Shown piece by piece: positions 1 through 11,271 of a DNA stretch of 64,000 nucleotides. The notes under the pieces were generated by a model. It did no database searches. It was not told where the DNA came from and saw only the letters and a program-made list of their open reading frames with translations. The position numbers and the translations under genes are program-made. Every line of letters starts with the position of its first letter. The first letter of the stretch is position 1. The stretch comes from Cenococcum geophilum (taxonomy: Eukaryota): the NCBI GenBank assembly GCA_050273025.1, contig CP158635.1, forward strand, positions 15,996,001 through 16,060,000. Reading direction: 5' to 3'.

Positions 1-1
1 T

Positions 2-1471
2 GCTTCTAAACGGTCCCTTTCCTCCACAACCACCCTCTGGAGAGCCAACGAAATCGCAAATTCTGCTAGGCTGCTGCTCGAAGAGAATGCCATACTTTCG
101 GCCAAGAATTCTTTCATACGATGCAGTATAGGAGAACAGATTGATGCATTGGAGGCTGTCAGAAGAGGTATTGGATTGGTGGAAGCAGAGGTTAAAACGG
201 AGTTCAAGGTAAGCCCTGAATCACCATCCTCAAACTACCACCACCATCCCTACCCATATTTTACTTGGACCGGAGGATAGTTCTCAGAACCAGAGTGCTG
301 ACATGAGAAGAATCTCCTCCACTCCCTCGATACCTCTTTCAGCGGCCTTCAAACTACCCTCACAATTCTCCGCGACACACCAATAGAATCCGTCCTTCAG
401 CCCCCTAATACTCCACAAAAACACCTCTACGACTTCATTGACTCTGCCACTGTGACGAATCTAAAGGAGTCTCTGCGATCATGTATTGATCGTTACAATG
501 ACGCTCTCAATACTCTTCATGATAGCACCGACGCTTTCGATGAGTCTCTACAGTCCCTGCACATTGCCGCGACAAATTTACCAGCATCTCCGGCTACGAA
601 TTCAAGTCCGACACCACTACCAAGTCTATTCCGTGATCTTGAAATCCACGCTACAGAAGCAGCAACATGTTTCCAGTCCCTAGTTCGGCACTACGATCTC
701 TGCGTCACGGCTCTCAAGCACACAGAAGGAGGTGGAGAGGCTGCATCGCGCGCAACAGACGATATGCCTTCTGCTGAAGGCGGGGAAGGGGCAGGGGTTG
801 ATCTCTCACTCCAACAGTCCGCCTTCGCGGCACCTCCCGAGCCGCTTACAGAAGCAGAGCGGATCGACATGCTTGCTGTACTGCAAAAAGACGCCGTCGA
901 GGTAGACGACGTGGTAAACGAGATTCGCGAACGAGGCGCGGAAATGGAGTTTCTTCTCACGTCAATGTCGTCACACATCTCTCTGCTCCGAACCGAGCGG
1001 TCCGCTCTCCTCTCCATCCTCAGTGCGATAGAAAACATTGGTAAAGACACCCGTGTCTACATGTCCGCTGCCCGTGACTTCGTGGTTGCTTGGGACGCCG
1101 AACGCGCAAAGATCACGGAAGGTATTGAAGAGTGGAAGTCTCTCCGCGACTTCTACGAACGCTTTGATGAGGCCTATGCCAATCTGCTAGTTGAAGTTGG
1201 CGAGCGGCGCAGACGGCACGAGAAGGCGAAGCACAAGGCAAGAGAGTCGGAAAAGGAGTTGGAGGAGCTTTATCAAGAGGATGTTCAAGCCAGAGAGGCG
1301 TTCACACTTGCCCAAGGCGACTTTCTACCCTTAGACATATGGCCAAACCTCAGAGATCCACCACGTAGATATGAAATCGTGCCGATTGATAAGGAAGCGA
1401 GCGGGAGCATACCAGACGTTAAAAGAGAGGTGCTAGAAAGGGCGATGCAAAGATTGAGAGGAAGAATGTGA
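2..1471 (+). CDS. ATG17: Autophagy protein Atg17, 5' end outside window; intron 209-310
   Basis: Frame 2 reads ASKRSLSSTTTLWRANEIANSARLLLEE. A GTAAGC...GCTGAC...AG intron (209-310) joins it in frame to the 452-1471 ORF, which has Atg17-like motifs (SLVRHYDLCVTALKHTEGG, EVGERRRR, GDFLPLDIWP). Confidence 0.88.
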
Positions 1472-2082
1472 GGTTATTTGGTTTTATGAGGAGTTGGGCA
1501 CGGCCGGTTGGAATAAGCTGGCGTATGATGGGTTTCTGGGCCACATATACCACATTTCGTGTTCTACTTTACGTATTCTTCCTGTCAATGCTTCCTGTTT
1601 ATTTACTGGGTTCTATGGCTTTTATATCGTTAGCTAAGTCCACAAACGGAAGACATAGATGTCTCAGGGCGGGACCGATTTGGTATTAATTCTAGCTCGT
1701 CAGGGCTCTCTTTGTTCCGCATCTAGCACTCCCTGCCCATGTATACTTCCGTATACATGCACAGCGAAGCTATTCGGGGTGCGCCACAGAGGCACTCGCG
1801 GAGGTTAACCGCATAAGCAACACGGCCGCGAGGCTTCACTGTGTGACCTTTGGAGTTTCATCATTCGAGCGGCTTAGCAATGGCGGAGATGATGGAATGA
1901 TTCAGGGATATTTAAATGCATCTATACCTCTTGGTCCCCACGAAATGTCTTTTTTGTAGCTTTTCGTCGCTCGTAAATTCATGCGTTTTCGTGAAAAATA
2001 TGCTGATATGCAGAATGCCTGATGCTTTTCCTTACCCAATGCAAAATGCCGAAGAGGCGTGTATGTTGAGAATATCTGGAGC

Positions 2083-3813
2083 TCACTTCTTACGAGAGGA
2101 AGTGTTGATGAGCTTCTTCTTAAGGTACTTTGGCATCTTTGTCTTCCGCTTCTCACGCTTCTCTTCTTTGACGGCTTGTTTGTGCTCCTATTATCCAAAA
2201 TTAGCACGTTAAACTCTTAATGAATTCAAAACAAATGGATATCTGCCCACCTTTTTCGTGTCCTTATCCACAAACCTCTTTCCTCTCGGAGGGCCGGTCT
2301 TCTCAAACCTCTCTCCGGAGCCTTCTCCGTCATCACTACTGTCTTCTTCGCTTTCGTCAATCTCTACACCACCGTCTGAGATGGCCTTGGTCCCAACTAC
2401 CTTGTCAGCAAGTAAAGCCTGATAGACCAATCCCTCTCTATCTCCTTTTTTTACCATCTCCGCGTCGCGTTCGATATCGTATACTTGCTCGAGAGTCTGC
2501 GGAATGTACTGCTGTCTAAAGACCTCATTATCAAGTTCTTCTTGCCTCTTGTCCTCTTCTGTCTGTTTTTCTCCTTTCGCGTAAAGCTCCTCGACGGCTT
2601 GACTCATTCCTGTCATTTCCGTGCTCCCCTCCGTCTGAGTAATAAAGTTGAAGACAGTGCGTTCCCAAAGCGTATCCACGCTCCGATTGCGGAAGAAATC
2701 CGAGACATTCTTGACGTCCATACGCAAGAACTCTAGACTTCTTGGATGGTCATGCTCCACACTTTGACTGACATCGATAATCCAAAGCTTGTTCTCGTGA
2801 TACAGCAGATTATACTCGCTCAAATCCGCATGCACAAGCTTGCAGACCTGATAGATAACCCGCATGTAGCCCAACAGCTGCACATATAGCCCCTTCCATT
2901 TATCCTCCTCCTCTTGCGCCGTGAGCCCCTCAAACTTGACATCCCGCAACCTCGGCGCAGGCCAGCCCTTCTTGTCTCCCAAAAACCCCATGACGAGCAC
3001 GTGCAGCCGGAGGTATATTGGCTCTGGGCACGGAATCCCCGCGGCGTAGATCCGCTTCAGGTTCCGCATCTCTTTTTCCGCCCACACCTTCACCATCGCG
3101 CGGTTTGACGACTTGTTCCAGCCCTGCCGGAAGCGAAACTCGCCAGCCACATATTTTTCCCGGTCCTTGAAGACGAGGATGCTGGTTTTGTACACTTTTA
3201 TGGCGCGGTGGAGGGGCGTAGGGTCGGTTTCAGCTGCCACTCCTCCATCTGCCCCTTCAGATGGCTCGGGGATAGAAAGTGCGTGATACACGTTCGCCTC
3301 CTTGCCGGTTGAGAGGCAACCGTGGATCTCAGAGACGATGTTGCGGTTGATGAGCTGGAGGAGGATCATGCGGGTGCGTGGGTCGAGCACCTGCTCGGAC
3401 GTGGCACGGTCGCTCTTGTCCTTATCGGTTGCCTTGCCATGTCCTCCGCTTAGCCTGTCATCTAGCTTTATCTTCGCCGCATGTCGGGAGAGTGAGTGGA
3501 TCTGGTCGTCGACGGAGGCTTTGGTGTTGGCGGTTGGCTTTTGTGGGTGCGATTTTGGGAGCTGGGAGGCCGGGATGGTGGGGTCGTTCAACTTGTGTTG
3601 GCGATTGTAGGATTTGATGTAGTCGTTCGGGTTGGCTACCTCATTACTGCTGTCGTCGAATATGTCGTCCATGTCATCGTCATTTTCATCATCCTTGGCA
3701 GCTTCGGCATGAAAAGTTTCTAAATGGTTTGCGGGGTCTTGGGTCTTTTGAAATTCAAGGCTCAATGTACCATCAGAGGTGAGCTGTCCTGCCATGTCTT
3801 CTGGCTTGTCCAT
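2083..3813 (-). CDS. RIO1: Atypical Ser/Thr kinase Rio1; intron 2188-2250
   Basis: RIO motifs DRATSEQVLDPRT, STGKEANVY, IKVYKTSILVFKDR, LVHADLSEYN, IIDVSQSVEHDHP. A GTGGGC...GCTAA...TAG intron leads to the basic tail EHKQAVKEEKREKRKTKMPKYLKKKLINTSSRKK*. Start is ATG 3813 or 3795. Confidence 0.95.
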
Positions 3814-4313
3814 TTTGGTTGAGTTAGATATGAGAATGTGAGGTGTGGTGGTGATCGTGGTAGGCGAAATTATCATTGCTAGCAGAAAATCTCCAAGCGA
3901 AAGGACAGGGCGGCGAGCGAGCAATCAACGCAGACACAGATACATTGAACAGTGCGATGTTTGGCAAGGTGTCACTTGATCTATCAATAGAAATAAGCGC
4001 TCGGCAGTGGAAGATATCTGAGAAGGTTCCAATATTTTCAAATGCCTTCCCATGTCCCTTAACCCGTTGGAGTCCTACGCTAAGGTCGCTTAAGTTCACG
4101 ACTAGATGTCATTGGGTGTCTTTCGCTAATCCAGATACTTTAATTGGCTGATAATCATTGGACGAATTTCAACGGGTTAAGGTATAGACGAACAGCTATG
4201 CTAGAGCAAAGGCGAGATAGGGGAGTTTATAATACAAGAGTGGAGTATGAAGCCGCGAAGACATGCGAGCGTGTCTTCAGGATCATAGATGTCTAAAAAC
4301 CAAGGAAGCTTCG

Positions 4314-5418
4314 TTATAGCATTGTCTTCCTCCAAGCCCTCATCCCTAATGTCTCAATCTCCTTTACTTCCACTGGCCCTTGTATACTCTTATCCTCCAG
4401 TGCCTCTACCACTGCTTCTCCTACAAGGTCCGCCTTTAACGGCTTCGTTACACCAGCGCCCATCAGCCATGTTAGTTTACCACCCACCAACGAATTCGCT
4501 ATTGCACCCATACCGGTAAGAGCGGCAAGAGGCATTGTAAAACTTCGTGAGGCATCGTACATGAAAGGTGCGCGGATGAATATGCTACGCATGCGGGGAA
4601 ATATGGTGGCAATTGTAGACTCGGCTTCGCGCTTTGTGGAAATGTAGCGCGAGGGAAGCACAGGCGCGCCAGCGGCAGCAGAGATGTAGACAAACGAAGG
4701 AACAGAGTGGGCAGATGCTTCTTTAGCGAGGCTGATTGCTAAAGAGTAAGTTAGGAAAGAAAGTGTACTAGGGGTGCTTATTTAGGTGAGAGTAGGTTGT
4801 ATTACTAGAATCTCGATTCATCAACTCATAAGTAAGTTGCCCATCCTTTTCTTGTGGCCTTAAAGGCTCCCCTTCCCTCCTATCAAGTGGGTTCTGGCTT
4901 CTGCCGTTTGTTGAGCTGAAGGCGCGTTGCAGGCCACTCCACGGAGACTCTTTCCCTTGTAGCACGCCTTTATAATCGGCCTCTAGCAATATTCCTATAG
5001 AATGTACTACAGCATCTGCACCTTCAAGATGGGCATTGTACGTGGATGGGCTAAAGATATCGCCCTTCTGCCACGACACAGACTTGGACCATGATGGTGG
5101 ATCTGGTGATGAGGTTACTGAGGACCATGTTGGCTCGCCTGAGCGACTATAGCTACACTGTTAGCTTAACAAGCATATAAAAGGTAAGGTTGAAGATGTA
5201 AACACTAGAACAGCTCAAAGAATGAAGTGCTTGCCTAATAGATGTGACCTGCCAACCGCGAGCAGACGCAGCTTTGCAGATGCGGCTTCCTAGAACGAAG
5301 CGTTAACAAGCAATTGACATACAATTGGAGCAACTATAAAGCATAAGGTAGGTTCTCACTCACCTAAGAACCCGTTACCACCACAGACAACCAACTTCTT
5401 TTTTGCGGCTTGAGCCAT
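4314..5418 (-). CDS. COQ11: Atypical SDR / NAD-dependent epimerase, Coq11 (YLR290C)-like, multi-exon
   Basis: N-terminus MAQAAKKKLVVCGGNGFLG (Rossmann motif), then SRICKAASARGWQVTS, WQKGDIF...ADAVVHSIGILLEADYKG, FVYISAA, RYISTKREAE, RAPFMYD and C-terminal AWRKTML*. Several canonical introns; orthology is inferred. Confidence 0.8.
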
Positions 5419-6014
5419 TGCGAGTGTATCGTCACATTGTCAATCTGGTTTTGCAGTCTTGACATCAGCGAAAGGCGGAAAATCCCGGCACTATTTCGTA
5501 GGGCTGCAAGGATATTGACGCCACAATAAATGCGCCTGGCGCGTCGAGCTCTCGGAAGACTGCGCAGTTGGGCACCGAAAGGCATCCGCAGACACCAACA
5601 CGACCTCCAGCTCCCAATATCCCCTCAACAGAGCCATCATCAAACATCACGCTTTACACGCCAAACCGGACTTTGAGCTATTGAGAACATTGAAGACGGC
5701 GACCTTCCACCTAGACTTAAAGCACAGCTTGAGAGCAGCTTCACGCCCAAATATCTATCTTCGAGACCCCGCGCTTCTTCCCCGCAATACGGAGCCCCTT
5801 CGCCTATTAAAGACAAACTTCGTCATTTGAAAGGGAAAGTTCAATCTGCGCCGAGGCCTAAATCTCCCACGCCTAAATCCCCCACCAAAGAAATCCAAAA
5901 ATCCAAGCCCACCAAGGCTCCAAATGGAAACGTAGGCACATACCATCTCTGCCAGCACTAAGAACCTACGCTCCTAAAAACATCTCTACAAACGTCTGAC
6001 ATTGTCTCTTTGCA

Positions 6015-7017
6015 ATGCCAGCTCCTTCAGGAACGAAGCGTGTCAAGGTTAGTCCTCTCGAACTTACTCTGCGAGTTTCTGTTCTAACTAATACCTTTGC
6101 TAGGGCAAGCGCATCAGCCGAAACATCAGTATGCCTCATTTCCCCGCCCTTCACAAATCATCTGACAACCTCTGGCAGTCATCGGCTCCGAGGCATTCAC
6201 ACTACCAAAACTTGGGGATCCCGCCCGCCCCAAAGGCATTCCCGACGAACACACCACAAAATGGACCGTCTACGTACGACAGCCGGCGGGCGATCCAGAT
6301 ATGACAGCATGGTTAAACAAAGTTCAATTTAAGATCTTTCAAACTTACGACAATCCTTTACGAAGTACGCACAACAAGCATCACCTCTTTAACCGCAAAC
6401 CTTGTTTCTAGCGCTAACGCCTTCATCCAGCAATTGAGAATCCTCCCTTCGAAGTTACGGAAACAGGCTGGGGCGGCTTCATGGTTGATATCCGCCTGCA
6501 CTTCCAATCAATCAGCGGCGAAAAGCCACAATATAGGCATCACTTCCTACAGCTAGAGCGATACGGTGATGAGAAGCAGAAAGCGAAACAAGAGGCAGAG
6601 AACTGCGTTCGGTCCGAAGTCCTGGAAATTGTCGAATTCAACGAACCAACTGAGGCCCTTTTCGATGTGTTAACAAGTGAGAACCAATGGGACTATTTAA
6701 CCAAGGGCGGCAAAAAAAGCGCCGCGGCACTGAGTGCAAGTGGAGGCCCAAGGAGAGGAATGCCTGGGAGTGGCGAGAGGAGCGCACAGCTACCTGAGCG
6801 TGGCGGCGAAGATGTTGCGTTCAGTAAGGAGCAGGAGGAAATGCTAATAGATAAAATCAGGGAGGCTGGGAAAGAAATTGATGGCAAAATTAAGGTCGAG
6901 AATCAGGCTAGAGAGCTGGTGGAGCAGAGGCTAAAAGAGTTGAGGAGTGAGCTAGGTCATGAGGCTTCGGCGCAGGCAACGCAGCAAGCTAGCGGAGAAA
7001 GGGTGAGAAGGCGGTAG
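6015..7017 (+). CDS. YAF9: YEATS-domain NuA4/SWR1 subunit Yaf9, three short 5' introns
   Basis: MPAPSGTKRVK|GKRISRNI|VIGSEA...HTTKWTVYVR...KVQFKIFQTYDNPLR|TIENPPFEVTETGWGGF, then EFNEPTE and a C-terminal coiled coil. GT-AG introns with CTAAC/CTGAC-type branch sites. Confidence 0.9.
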
Positions 7018-7291
7018 GAGTACTATCTTATGGGTTTTGGGTGGGAGGCTGTCAACCTTAGGCGTTCCGGGGAGGATACGAGACAGCCGAATTCCCGTTG
7101 CCTCTAGTATTCCATCAAGAAACTGGAGCACCCTTCTTACTGTATAGCTCGTCAATAAGCCAAACCCGTTCTTGCTTCCGTCATTCATTTTTACTGACGC
7201 ATTCGAAGTGTCATTGGTGGCAATACTGCGGAACTCGGGATTCTAAGTCATACCACTATTTTAGTAAATCTGAAATAATCAAACCTACACC

Positions 7292-8976
7292 CTATGACAA
7301 AATACGGAATGACGGCCGAATAAACCTATATACCATGTAGCTAGGTTTTCGGTGCTCCTCTCTCCGCCGCCAGTAAATGTAGAACGCAAATGCTAGTAGC
7401 GTGGAAGGCACAGTAAGAGCTAGCCATATCCAGAGTCGCGATGTGTGCGAGAGCCATGTGTTGCCTTGGAAAAATGGCATCGCCAAAAAGGCCTTCCGAG
7501 AAATTAGTAAGATAAATACCAAAGAAGGGGACCCAGCAAGAAGAAGCGGAGAAAGCACATACTGAGAATGAAGCCCCAGGGAGAAAAAACATTGTGACGA
7601 TAGCGATCTAAGACAAGAAGATTAGTCGTACGGTATAAAAGAGAAGTGGTACTATTACCGTCTTCATAGCCGCACTATCCTTTTTCATTTCCTCGGCGGG
7701 GATCCGTGATTGATCCGCCATCTTTCGCGAGAGCCGAGCTTCCTCCTGGGTCGCGCGAAGAATCTCTTTCATAGCCTTCCCGTTCTCGACCTAGAGTCGA
7801 TCATTGGTGATCTAGATGCGGTTAAAAAGCTGCGGATGACGCGGTAAGTAGGAAACTCAAGTTTATGCTCGACACTGGCCAGCTCACCAATGCCAGTATG
7901 TTCTGAATCTTCTTTTCTAGTTCTTGAGCGAAGTCATTTGTTGCTCGCATCTGAGACAGGACTTGGCTAAAGCCCCTAGAGGCCCTGTCGGCGCTATCGT
8001 CTAGGCCTCGCTCACAAACGGCGGCGTAGTGTGTTGCAAGATCAACTATGAAGCCTTCTATAGACTTTAGCTCAGAACGATAGCGGTGCAAGTGCGCCGC
8101 TATGGAATGGAGAGCCCGGTTGATGTTGGTAGAAACCGACTCGGGCATGCTCTGGTGAGTATCCATCTCTCCTTGGAGTTGGCCCTCCTATTTCGTCCAA
8201 TCAGCAATTGGTCTGTTTACAAGGCGTAGATGGCTATGCTATCTGCTTACTTCCAAAAGAAGTCTACTACTTACGTAAGCAATAAGCTGCTCATTAACGC
8301 TGTGTAGAGTATTCGTCCACCATCTGGCAGCGCTAGTGGGATAGATTAGATGGACAAAGCAGCCCCTGCCAAGTTGCCTGGGCGAGCCCGACCAGTTCTG
8401 TATAGCCTCTGTGATTCGCTTTTGAGGCTCCTCGACCGCCTTCGGCCGCCCACCATGCATCATATTGAAAGCTATATTAGTGAACGAGGAGGACTCAACA
8501 TCAAGACTAAATGAAATTGCTATACAGGAGCCTCTGATGTCAACCTCGGCATTAGGCAGATGCAGGTAGTTGAATGGATTCATTTGATTGCTTCCGGCAG
8601 TACTCGACGCATGATCCCGGCGATTGTTGGTGCATGGAACTTGAATCCTTATAGGCAGGATGTACCATATATCCAGGAACCTTTGAGCAGATGGGTTGAC
8701 AAAGATACGGGACCCGCGTCCTGAGGGGAGGTAATATCTAGATAAGGCGAATACAAATGCTGATGGGGTATGGTAGTGCGAGGCAAGAGATTTTAGAGAT
8801 TTCTCAGTAATACGCAATTTGTTGGAATCTGGGGGTATTGAGATGTTGCGGTCTTCAACGAGGTACTTGTTTATGAAACTGGCATAATCAGCAGCCCCAC
8901 TCCGGACCAGTGCAGTGAGCTCTTTAACATACTAGAATTTATAACCGCGTCCCTGGTCTCTTGTCTGTGGTTTCAT
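7292..8976 (-). pseudogene. CorA-like C-terminal transmembrane-domain protein gene with three in-frame TAG stops
   Basis: C-terminus MKKDSAAMKT|IAIVTMFFLPGASFS|AFLAMPFF...WIWLALTVPSTLLAFAFY is typical of fungal CorA-like TM proteins. Introns at ~8188-8273, 7830-7887 and two further 3'. In-frame TAG at 8932-8934, 7812-7814 and 7791-7793. The 5' end is uncertain. Confidence 0.75.
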
Positions 8977-10001
8977 TTTTTAGCTAGAATCTCTATTATT
9001 TAGTTCGAATTGCGTTTTGCATACTCTTAGCCCCACATTTAGCTCAGCCTGCTCAAAACTCTCCTCTCAAATCTACGACCGTCTTAATCACAAGTATAAA
9101 TATTTACTCAAATTACATCTACTAACAGAGATGACTGGAAAATGTCAAAAGCCTTTGCTATTTCCGTGCCATGTTCTCGGGCCAGTATATATCTTAGATG
9201 CAAGGCTTATAGTAGCTAAACGCAATGAGAAGGGGGACCGGAAGCGGCAGAAGGCTGCTAGACGAGCCGTAAAGGCGGTTGCAAAGTCGCAATAAAGCAC
9301 TTCTACTAGATTTTTTAACTATATATTTTTAATATATACACGATTCGCCTTATACAATCTTCTCTTTTTAGCTAATTGCAGCCGAACTTCCTGTACGGAT
9401 TGCTAGGTAATTATACTTAAAAGATACAAACTATCGTTTATTTCATTGAGCCCAGAACTACTAGTAGAGTAAAAACTGGTTAGTACGATACGGTTTATAC
9501 GGCCGAGCGTATCGTTATACCAATGGTATTGTTATATAAAGAATTACTTGTTGGGTTAATAAGCAATAAAAAGGGGGGCTTTATACTTAAAAAGGCTTAA
9601 GGCTATAACGGAACCTTGTAGCAGGAACTACGGTGGGTTCTGTCAATGGGCTAGGTATATAGGTATTGCAAGTAAGTTAATAACGTAATAACAACTAGTG
9701 GAGTGGTTGCCTAACAGATTAACTCCAATTATATTCTAAGAATTACTATAAGGAAGGAACTATCTAGGTAGGGACTAAGGGTCCTTAAATACACAATTGT
9801 ACTCCTATAAAATCCTTCTTATACGTAATGTACGTGTTATACATGTTATACGTATATTCCCTTTATACACTTTATACACTGCGTACAATATTATATAACT
9901 TACTTACTATTCCTCGTTATATAGTTCTACCGGTTCTATACTAGACCGTGCCTATATTAACTAACTAGCTTCTTCTAACTCTTCTCTAAGTAGTCGTAAT
10001 A

Positions 10002-10453
10002 CGTCAGGAAAAAATTTAGCAGCATTTTGCCAGCATTTTTAGCATTTCGCAGCATTTAAAACAGACCATACGCATTAAGCAGCATCTAGGCAGCTATATA
10101 TATATATTATATATAAAATTTTTATTTTTAGATAGATAATTGGATATAGTATATTATATAATAATTTTTTTTATAAATTACTTATAAATTACGTAAGTTA
10201 TTCTACTTTTTTAAAAAAAATTAAAAAAAATTAAAACTTTTTTTAGAAGTAGAATAACTTACGTAATTTATAAGTAATTTATAAAAAAAATTATTATATA
10301 ATATACTATATCCAATTATCTATCTAAAAATAAAAATTTTATATATAATATATATATATAGCTGCCTAGATGCTGCTTAATGCGTATGGTCTGTTTTAAA
10401 TGCTACGAAATGCTAAAAATGCTGGCAAAATGCTGCTAAATTTTTTCCTGACG
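10002..10453. mobile_element. 452-bp foldback (palindromic) insertion inside the 3' LTR of copy A
   Basis: CGTCAGGAAAAAATTTAGCAGC...GCTGCTAAATTTTTTCCTGACG. Arms of ~207 bp are almost identical, with an ~40-bp A/T spacer. TA is duplicated at 10000-10001 and 10454-10455. The insert is absent from the sister LTR. Confidence 0.92.
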
Positions 10454-10586
10454 TATTATACTTAAAGCATTCGTAATACCATCTCCCTCCTCTTTATCTT
10501 TGTCCTTAAAGATTTCTAATATCTCTAAGTTATTTACTAGAGGTATAATGTCCGTCTAATTAATTTAGTTAATATTATTACTTATT

Positions 10587-11271
10587 ATACCTAAAGCATC
10601 TCTTTTTTTATAAGCGTAATGTTATGCTTATACTATTGCCGCCATATTGTTACTTAGTGAGATTATACCATCTCTGTGTTCTTATTGTGCAAAAAAGGGG
10701 TTAGTTTGCGTTGCGTTAGCGAGTCCTTTATTTTAGCAACCCTCTTTTTACTTAAAGTGTACTAAAGCGAATATTCGCTCCTTTTATAACGTTTGTTTAT
10801 CCTCTAACGCTAAGTATACGCGTCCTATAACTCTTAATAGTCGTTAAGTGCCCTAGTTAATTTGCCTTAGGGTTTTATATTTAATCTACTACTACGTATC
10901 TAGATGGTAATCTAGCGTAAGCCCTTGCTAAGCTTAAGCGTTCTTATAATGCGGAATAAAAGGCCCTAGATACTTATATCGCGGCGTCTACCTATCTTCT
11001 TTATTTTAAGAAAGTTTGTAAGAAGGTGCGTTTTAAGGAGTAGAAACTTATAGAATAAGGTTTATAGGAACTTAGCGATAAAAAAACAGATTCTCTTCTA
11101 ATAGAGAAGGAAATAACTCTAAGTAGTTTAGCAGTCGCTCTTTCTAGGTCCCCCTTAGGTGGCTTATTCTTTAGTGATCCTTCTTTATTAATACTACTTA
11201 ACCTTTTCTCTTCTAATACTCCTATACCTTTTCTATAGCGTTCTTTAGGTTTTCTAGTAGCTCTTAGGTAG
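10587..11271 (+). pseudogene. Antisense Zn-cluster-like plus coiled-coil gene of family 1 (copy A), one intron
   Basis: De-RIPed: MPKAS...GEIMPSPCSRCAKKGLVCVALASPSSRQPSSCSECTKANIRSSCDV..SDAE|W...coiled coil. Several Cys codons survive (TGT/TGC at ~10676-10760). The same layout is present in copies B, C and D. Confidence 0.75.

Noticed and set aside
2209..2250. RIO1 C-terminus VGRYPFVLNSLRV*
   Set aside because: This is read-through into an intron; splicing gives the conserved basic tail ending at 2083.
691..3723. Short ORFs overlapping ATG17 and RIO1 on other frames or strands
   Set aside because: Shadow ORFs of real genes with no recognisable motifs.
3814..3924. N-terminal extension of the RIO1 ORF in the ORF track
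   Set aside because: It starts at a non-ATG codon; the first ATG is at 3813.
9017..9295. 92-aa ORF at the isochore border as a possible effector
   Set aside because: Non-ATG start, no signal peptide and no recognisable domain.
10002..10453. CRISPR array or intrinsic terminator
   Set aside because: Eukaryotic context; a single long inverted repeat with a TSD and no spacers.
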